From an uncultured virus (IMG/VR IMGVR_UViG_3300009551_000046) (taxonomy: Duplodnaviria; Heunggongvirae; Uroviricota; Caudoviricetes), in IMG/VR virus record IMGVR_UViG_3300009551_000046: a DNA stretch of 20,000 nucleotides; one strand, 5' to 3'. Both the position numbers and the translations under genes were made by a program. The notes beneath the pieces are model-generated. The model saw nothing but the letters and a program-made list of their open reading frames with translations, did no database searches and was not told the origin of the DNA. Every line of letters starts with the position of its first letter. The first letter of the stretch is position 1. This document shows positions 14,822 through 20,000 of this stretch, in pieces.

Positions 14822-15742
14822 ATGGCGAAAGAAGATCGGCTCGATTGGTTTCCGTGCGAACCTAGCCGTCTGCTCGGCGCGCTCGCCGGCATGAAGTCGC
14901 CGAAGCAACTCGTTTACCTGATCGTGCTGCTTCGGATCTACGAGTGCGGCGGCGCCTGCCCCGATTCGATCGAGGCGCTTGCGCTGCGTACCCGCATGAA
15001 CAAGCGCATCGTCACCGACGCGCTATCGGAGCTCTTCAAAGAGCAGCGCCTGTATCAGGGCGAGGGTGGGATTCACAACTGGAAAGCCGACGAGGTAATC
15101 GCCGATTCCTTTGCTCTCCGTGAAAGGCGCAAACAAGCCGGCTCAGAGGGAGGAAAGCGAACAGCCGAAAAAACCAAGAAAAAACAGCATGAGCCGCCTA
15201 GCAACGCTGCAGCAAACGAGCAGCCGAGGGGTAGACAATTACAATTACAAGATTCCCTATTCTCTGACGAGAATAGGGCGCCGAGGGTTGAACCGAAGCC
15301 CGCCGAGCCGGAGCCCGTCGGCGAGTCCGTCGCGCTCAAGAACCCACCCCCGGATCCGGAGGCGGATTATTTCCGTCGTGGCCGCGAGGTGCTCGGAGCG
15401 TCGGCTGGCGGCATGCTGAAACAGCTGCTCGTCATGAAGGGTGGAAATGTTGCGCTCGCCCGTGCGGCGATCGAGCAGGCGTCGACACGGGGCGACGCGA
15501 AGCAATACGTCGGCGCGATGGTGCGCGGATATGGGAAGGGAGCAACCGCCAATGCAGAAACTCGGGTCGTTCAACAACCGCGCCTTGGTGCCGCAGGAAT
15601 CGCCCAGCGGATCAGGCAATCAATCGCGGAGCGCGCAGCTGTCCCTGATGCGCCGGAGTTCTTCTCCGCCGGCGATCCGGAGCCCGGCGGCGGATGTCGA
15701 CCTTCCCCGCCGCCTTTGGGACGCGTGGATCGAGCCGGGTAA
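14822..15742 (+). CDS. YdaU/DUF1376-like phage replication initiator
   Basis: GGAGG SD; WF......L......M......Y..LL..IY..GG..PD....LA, R..AG..GG; C-terminal helical domain (A......Y....V). Confidence 0.75.
   Translation: MAKEDRLDWFPCEPSRLLGALAGMKSPKQLVYLIVLLRIYECGGACPDSIEALALRTRMNKRIVTDALSELFKEQRLYQGEGGIHNWKADEVIADSFALRERRKQAGSEGGKRTAEKTKKKQHEPPSNAAANEQPRGRQLQLQDSLFSDENRAPRVEPKPAEPEPVGESVALKNPPPDPEADYFRRGREVLGASAGGMLKQLLVMKGGNVALARAAIEQASTRGDAKQYVGAMVRGYGKGATANAETRVVQQPRLGAAGIAQRIRQSIAERAAVPDAPEFFSAGDPEPGGGCRPSPPPLGRVDRAG
15120..15278. other. candidate phage replication origin inside the initiator gene
   Basis: A-rich tract, ACAATT-ACAATT-ACAA repeat (15235-15250) and perfect 10-bp inverted repeat CCCTATTCTC-tgac-GAGAATAGGG (15255-15278). 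Confidence 0.5.
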
Positions 15743-16157
15743 GCCGAGGCTACTGCGGCGCGAGCTCCTGCCGGCCGAGCGCGAGGTTCTCGAAGCACGG
15801 CGCAATGAAATCGAGCCCTGGATTGCCGGCTACGACGGTGAGGAGCGAGATCACGCCGCCCTCGCGATCGCCGAGATGCTCGGAGGTTTTCGGTCGATGT
15901 CGTCGAACTCGGATCAGCAGATTGCGGCGACGATGGAAGGGCTTTTGCAGCTGCTACGCCCCTATCCGTATTGGGCGATCGAGAAGGCCTGCATTTCGAT
16001 CCGCGTCAACGGCTACACCAAGGGGGACGGCGCGCGAGAGCGCACCTGGGCGCCGTCGGATGCCGACGTCGTTCACGCGGTCAAGGAAATGACTCGGCTG
16101 TACCGAGATCAATATGATTCGGCGGTCGCGATGCTCAATGCGGGAGTCGCGAAGTGA
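15552..16157 (+). CDS. putative helicase loader/inhibitor-like replication protein
   Basis: Lies directly after the initiator; L..YP.WAI..AC...W.P...(D/E) motif; GGGAG SD before ATG 15552 (start uncertain, alternative 15648). Confidence 0.6.
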   Translation: MQKLGSFNNRALVPQESPSGSGNQSRSAQLSLMRRSSSPPAIRSPAADVDLPRRLWDAWIEPGKPRLLRRELLPAEREVLEARRNEIEPWIAGYDGEERDHAALAIAEMLGGFRSMSSNSDQQIAATMEGLLQLLRPYPYWAIEKACISIRVNGYTKGDGARERTWAPSDADVVHAVKEMTRLYRDQYDSAVAMLNAGVAK

Positions 16158-17761
16158 AGAGGAAAATGCTCGTTGCTGACTTGCTGTGCGGCGCCGGCGG
16201 CTCGTCGACTGGATGCGCACGAGCCCTCGCGGATCTCGGACTCGAGATGGAACTCGTGTGCGTCAACCATTGGGGCGTCGCGATCGAGACGCACAAGAAG
16301 AATCATCCGGAGGCGCGACACTACGTCGAGGACATCGGCACCGTTCGCCCTCACTTGCTTGTGCCGGAGGGCTACCTCGATCTGCTCATGGCGTCGCCGA
16401 CGTGCACGCATCACAGCGTTGCTCGCGGCGGCAAGCCGACGTCCGATCAGCAGCGCTCCGATCCCTGGCACATTATCACCTGGCTAACCGAGCTCCGGGT
16501 GAAGCGAATCATCATTGAGAACGTTTGGGAGTTCAAGGATTGGGGGCCGGTCGATCGCCGCACCGGCAAGCCGGTGAAGAGCCGCAAGGGCGAGTATTTT
16601 CACGCCTGGATCAACACGATCAAGGCTCTCGGCTTCGAGCCGGAATGGCGGAAACTGAACGCCGCTGACTTCGGCGATGCGACGACGCGGCAGCGCTTCA
16701 TCCTGATGGCGCGGAGCGATCGGAAGCGCGTCCTCTGGCCGATGCCGACGCACGCCCGCGCGCCGGCCGGCGGCAGCCTCTCGCTGTTCGGAGACATGAA
16801 GCCGTGGCGGCCGGCACGCGAGATTATCGATTGGTCGATCAAGGGGCGGTCGATCTATGATCGCAAGAAGCCGCTTGCGCCGGCGACGCTCGCCCGCATC
16901 CATGCCGGCGCCGTCAAGTTTGGATGGCCGGAGCCGTTCATTGTCACCTTGCGGAATCACATGGGCGCGCAAGGGATCGACGTGCCGATCCCGACGGTCG
17001 CGGCGAACGGCAACCATATCGGGCTAGCGCAGCCGTTCGTCATGGCGCCTAGCAGCAGCGGAGCGCCGCGAACGACGGACGATCCGCTGCCGACTATCAC
17101 GACGGGAGGGGCTGGCTCAGACGATCCCGGCTGCGCGCGCCCGATGCTAGTTAACCTCAAGGGGCAGTCGACGGCTAACGACATCGACGATCCGATGCCG
17201 ACGCAGACAGCGCATGCGGGGCATCTATACGTCGCGGAACCGTTCGTGTTCTCGCGCCATGCCGGCGGCGCGCCGCGAGCGGTCGACGAGCCGACGCCGA
17301 CCCAGGTCGCAAAGCACAGTCACTGCCTGATCTCGCCCTATTACGGGTCGGGTTCCGGTGAGACGTGCCGCAGCGCCGACGAGCCGCTACCGACAGCAAC
17401 GTCGCAAGCCCGCTTCGGGATGGTCGTGCCGATCACGCATTCTGATGGATCGAACCGCGCGCGCGACGTCACCGATCCGCTGCCGACGCTGACAACTGCG
17501 AACCGCGGCGAGCAGGCGCTGATCGAGGGAACGCCGCAGTACGACATCCTGTTCCGGATGCTCGAACCGCATGAGCTCGCCGCCGCGATGGGCTTCAACG
17601 ATGCCGAGCAGGACTACGAGTTCGCCGGCACCAAGACGCAGAAGATCAAGCAAATCGGCAATGCGGTGTCCGTCGCGAAGATGAAGGCCTGCGTCAAGTC
17701 GATCATGTCCGATGCGGCGGCGTCGGATCGCGACTTCATTGCCCAGAGGGCTGCAGAATGA
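16154..17761 (+). CDS. C5-cytosine DNA methyltransferase with repeat-expanded variable region
   Basis: DLLCGAGG, SPTCTHHS, IENV, TTRQRF, RML...EL..AMGF, KQIGNAV; six D.P.PT repeats. Confidence 0.92.
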   Translation: MKRKMLVADLLCGAGGSSTGCARALADLGLEMELVCVNHWGVAIETHKKNHPEARHYVEDIGTVRPHLLVPEGYLDLLMASPTCTHHSVARGGKPTSDQQRSDPWHIITWLTELRVKRIIIENVWEFKDWGPVDRRTGKPVKSRKGEYFHAWINTIKALGFEPEWRKLNAADFGDATTRQRFILMARSDRKRVLWPMPTHARAPAGGSLSLFGDMKPWRPAREIIDWSIKGRSIYDRKKPLAPATLARIHAGAVKFGWPEPFIVTLRNHMGAQGIDVPIPTVAANGNHIGLAQPFVMAPSSSGAPRTTDDPLPTITTGGAGSDDPGCARPMLVNLKGQSTANDIDDPMPTQTAHAGHLYVAEPFVFSRHAGGAPRAVDEPTPTQVAKHSHCLISPYYGSGSGETCRSADEPLPTATSQARFGMVVPITHSDGSNRARDVTDPLPTLTTANRGEQALIEGTPQYDILFRMLEPHELAAAMGFNDAEQDYEFAGTKTQKIKQIGNAVSVAKMKACVKSIMSDAAASDRDFIAQRAAE

Positions 17762-18189
17762 AGCGGGGACGTCACGACAGCGACTATGATGAGGTTCGCC
17801 GGCGCGCCGGTTACACGCGGCCGCAGCCGGAGTTTCCTGACGAAGAAGAAGATCGCGCGGTAGCTGCGCGCGTCATGCAGAAGAGCGAAGAGTTCAAGGC
17901 GCGCATGGCCGAGATCGACAAGCAAGATGCGCAGCGCAACGGCGAGATGGCCGCGCGCCTCGAAGCGCGGTCAAAGGAGATCTCCCGCCGGATCATCGTG
18001 CGCGAATATGCGGCGCTCGGCGTCGCCCCGCCGGAGCCGCTTGTGTCGCTTGCGCTGCTGCGAAAGATCGGATGGCACATAGAGGAAGTCGGCGGTCGCA
18101 ATGTTCTCGTCGGCCCGTCCTCCGGCGCGCCGGCGCGCAAGACGCGCGAACAATGGGAGGCGGAGCGGCAGGGAGGTGAAGGATCGTGA
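17758..18189 (+). CDS. hypothetical protein, 143 aa
   Basis: ATGA and GTGA overlaps at both ends; charged helical N-terminal half. Confidence 0.7.
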   Translation: MKRGRHDSDYDEVRRRAGYTRPQPEFPDEEEDRAVAARVMQKSEEFKARMAEIDKQDAQRNGEMAARLEARSKEISRRIIVREYAALGVAPPEPLVSLALLRKIGWHIEEVGGRNVLVGPSSGAPARKTREQWEAERQGGEGS

Positions 18190-18380
18190 ACGTCGACGAC
18201 AAGGTGACCTATATGTGCCTAGCTAGGATCCGCGGTGCGGCTTGGGTGCGCGCGGTGCACACCGACGGCACCGTTGATCTTGGCTGCGATGTCGGCTCGA
18301 AGCGGCTGCACGAGCTCACGCGCATCGAAATCGCAGATCCGCTGCGGCCTGGAACGTGTTGCGAGGAAAAGAGCGCATGA
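18186..18380 (+). CDS. hypothetical protein, 64 aa (SH3-like beta pattern)
   Basis: GGAGGT SD; GTGA and ATGA overlaps; AWVRAVH.DGTVDL. Confidence 0.7.
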   Translation: MNVDDKVTYMCLARIRGAAWVRAVHTDGTVDLGCDVGSKRLHELTRIEIADPLRPGTCCEEKSA

Positions 18381-18922
18381 CGAGAAGCACCGACCCGTTC
18401 GCCGCCGCCGGCGGCCGCAAGATGAAGAGCGGCCGCGCGCCGCTGTCCAAGTTCAAGCCATGGCCGGGCAATCCGCGCATCCATCCGAAGTCGGAAATCG
18501 TGCTGCTCGCCCGCGTGCTCAAGGAGCACGGCGCCGATCAGCCGATCGTCGTCGACGAGGATTGGTTCATCCTCAAAGGGCACGGTCGACTCGAGGCGGC
18601 AGGCGAGGCCGGTTTGAAGGATTTCCCGTACGTGCAGCGGCACGGCCTCACAGATCAAGAGAAGGTCGCGATCCGCATCGAGGACAATTCGATTCCGCTG
18701 CTCGCCGGCTGGGACAAGGCGCATCTGCAGGCGCAGCTGACGACGCTGAAAACGCAGGGATACGATCTCGCGCATCTCGGCTTCGGCGATGCGCAACTCG
18801 TGACGTTCATGTCGAAGCCGACTCCGCCGTCAAGCTTCCAGACGTTGACGGAGGAGACCGTTCACACCGATTACCGGTGCCCCAAGTGCAAGCACGAATG
18901 GTCGGGGAAGCCGCGGCCGTGA
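18377..18922 (+). CDS. ParB/Srx N-terminal domain protein with C-terminal CPKC zinc-ribbon half
   Basis: L...KP.PGNPRIH, G..QPIVVD....IL.GHGRLEAA, IEDN......GWD...L, LGF, RCPKCKHEW. Confidence 0.88.
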   Translation: MTRSTDPFAAAGGRKMKSGRAPLSKFKPWPGNPRIHPKSEIVLLARVLKEHGADQPIVVDEDWFILKGHGRLEAAGEAGLKDFPYVQRHGLTDQEKVAIRIEDNSIPLLAGWDKAHLQAQLTTLKTQGYDLAHLGFGDAQLVTFMSKPTPPSSFQTLTEETVHTDYRCPKCKHEWSGKPRP

Positions 18923-19998
18923 TCTATCGCGTCCCGCTGATGTCTGAGATCTCGCGGATCAAGCCGAACGGATTCCGCGCGATCAGTCTGTTCGCCGGCG
19001 CCGGCGGCTCGTCGCTCGGCTACCGCATGGCCGGGTTCAAGATGCTATGGGTCTCCGAGTTCATCGACGCCGCGCGCGAGACGTACGAGGCCAACAAGGC
19101 GCCGTACACCGTCGTCGACGGCCGCGACATCCGCGATGTGTCGCCCTCAGAAGTGCTCGAAAAAATTGACATGGCGCCCGGCGAGCTCGACGTGCTCGAC
19201 GGCTCGCCGCCGTGCTCGTCGTTTTCGATGTCGGGGCGCCGCGAGGAGCAATGGAACACGGAGCGGAAGTACAGCGACAAGAAGCAGCGCACCGACGATC
19301 TGTTCGACGAATACGTCCGCTTCGTCCGCGAGATTCAGCCGCGCGTGTTTGTCGCCGAGAACGTCGCCGGCCTCGCGCAGGGTGTCGCAAAGGGCTACCT
19401 GCTCGACATCCTCCGGCAGCTGAAGGCCTGCGGCTATGTCGTCGAAGCGCAGCTGCTCGACGCTAAATGGCTCGGCGTGCCGCAGCAGCGGAAGCGGTTG
19501 ATCATCGTCGGCGTGAGGAATGATCTCGGGCTGCAGCCAGCCTTTCCGGCGCCGCTGCTCGAGCAGGTCAGCCTGCGCCAGGCGTTCGCCGATCTGGACG
19601 CAGAAGTCGAGCCGGAGACCGACATCTCAAGGTTCGCGATCGGCCGTGAATACGATCGCCTCGTGCCGGGCCGTTGGTCCGACCGGTATCAGAACCTCGG
19701 AAAGGTGTCGCTCGACGATCCGTCATTCGCGATCACAGTGCAAGCCGGCAACCCCAATGCTGCCGGCGTCGTGCATCCGACGGAGAAGCGGAAATATTCG
19801 ATTGCGGAATTGAAGAGGGTCTGCGCGTTCCCGGACGACTTCATCCTGACCGGGAGCTACCAGCAGAAGTGGGAACGGCTCGGCCGAGCGGTGCCGCCGC
19901 TGATGATGAAGGCGGTAGCGGAGGCGGTCCGAGACCGGATCCTTGCGCGAGTTCCGTCCAGAAAAGCCGCGCGAGCTCGAAGTTCAGCCGATCGTTGA
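18919..19998 (+). CDS. C5-cytosine DNA methyltransferase (second, compact)
   Basis: SLFAGAGG, DGSPPCSSFS, AENV, GVPQQRKR, FPDDF, ERLGRAVPP; GTG start overlapping the ParB stop (GTGA). Confidence 0.92.
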   Translation: MIYRVPLMSEISRIKPNGFRAISLFAGAGGSSLGYRMAGFKMLWVSEFIDAARETYEANKAPYTVVDGRDIRDVSPSEVLEKIDMAPGELDVLDGSPPCSSFSMSGRREEQWNTERKYSDKKQRTDDLFDEYVRFVREIQPRVFVAENVAGLAQGVAKGYLLDILRQLKACGYVVEAQLLDAKWLGVPQQRKRLIIVGVRNDLGLQPAFPAPLLEQVSLRQAFADLDAEVEPETDISRFAIGREYDRLVPGRWSDRYQNLGKVSLDDPSFAITVQAGNPNAAGVVHPTEKRKYSIAELKRVCAFPDDFILTGSYQQKWERLGRAVPPLMMKAVAEAVRDRILARVPSRKAARARSSADR

Positions 19999-20000
19999 AC

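Larger units (their letters stand above)
1..20000. mobile_element. phage/prophage early region (recombination, regulation, replication, methylation modules)
   Basis: Gene content and lambdoid-like divergent layout; dense small ORFs with overlapping start/stop codons; no host housekeeping genes. Confidence 0.9.

Noticed and set aside
18235..18918. 228-aa N-terminal extension of the second C5 MTase given in the ORF track
   Set aside because: It overlaps the clear ParB-like gene in another frame and is Arg-rich shadow sequence; the GTGA-coupled start at 18919 fits better.
1..20000. CRISPR array, tRNA, rRNA, integrase/att site, reverse transcriptase/DGR
   Set aside because: No regularly spaced repeats, cloverleaf, or diagnostic motifs seen; almost no intergenic space is available.

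Overview
High-GC (roughly 60-65% by eye) segment of a tailed phage or prophage, most likely infecting an alphaproteobacterium (GapR-like, DUF1376/YdaU-like and WP-WP Cro-like genes). Two gene arms diverge from a 142-bp control region at 12423-12564. The leftward arm (<1-12422) is a tightly packed, translationally coupled early/recombination operon. It encodes HIRAN, a coiled-coil protein, an ERF annealase, a YqaJ/lambda-type exonuclease, a DUF1367/NinB-like protein, a HerA/FtsK-type ATPase with duplicated C-terminal winged helices, an N6-MTase-like protein lacking the NPPY/F motif, an HNH-like protein, an ASCH protein and many small hypotheticals. The rightward arm (12565-19998) encodes a Cro-like HTH, a GapR-like protein, a RuvC-like resolvase, a beta-class N6/N4 MTase, a YdaU-like initiator with a candidate internal origin, a putative helicase loader, two C5-cytosine MTases and a ParB-N/zinc-ribbon protein. 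The most notable points are: (1) a switch with no CI-type repressor but three copies of a GGGGA-N6-TCCCC operator, one in a repressing and two in an identical activating geometry; (2) beta-clamp-binding-like motifs on several unrelated proteins; (3) an apparently catalytically dead HsdM-like protein; (4) four MTase-fold genes together with frequent CGATCG sites. No integrase, structural gene, tRNA, rRNA or CRISPR array was seen. All product calls come from motif recognition, not database searches.
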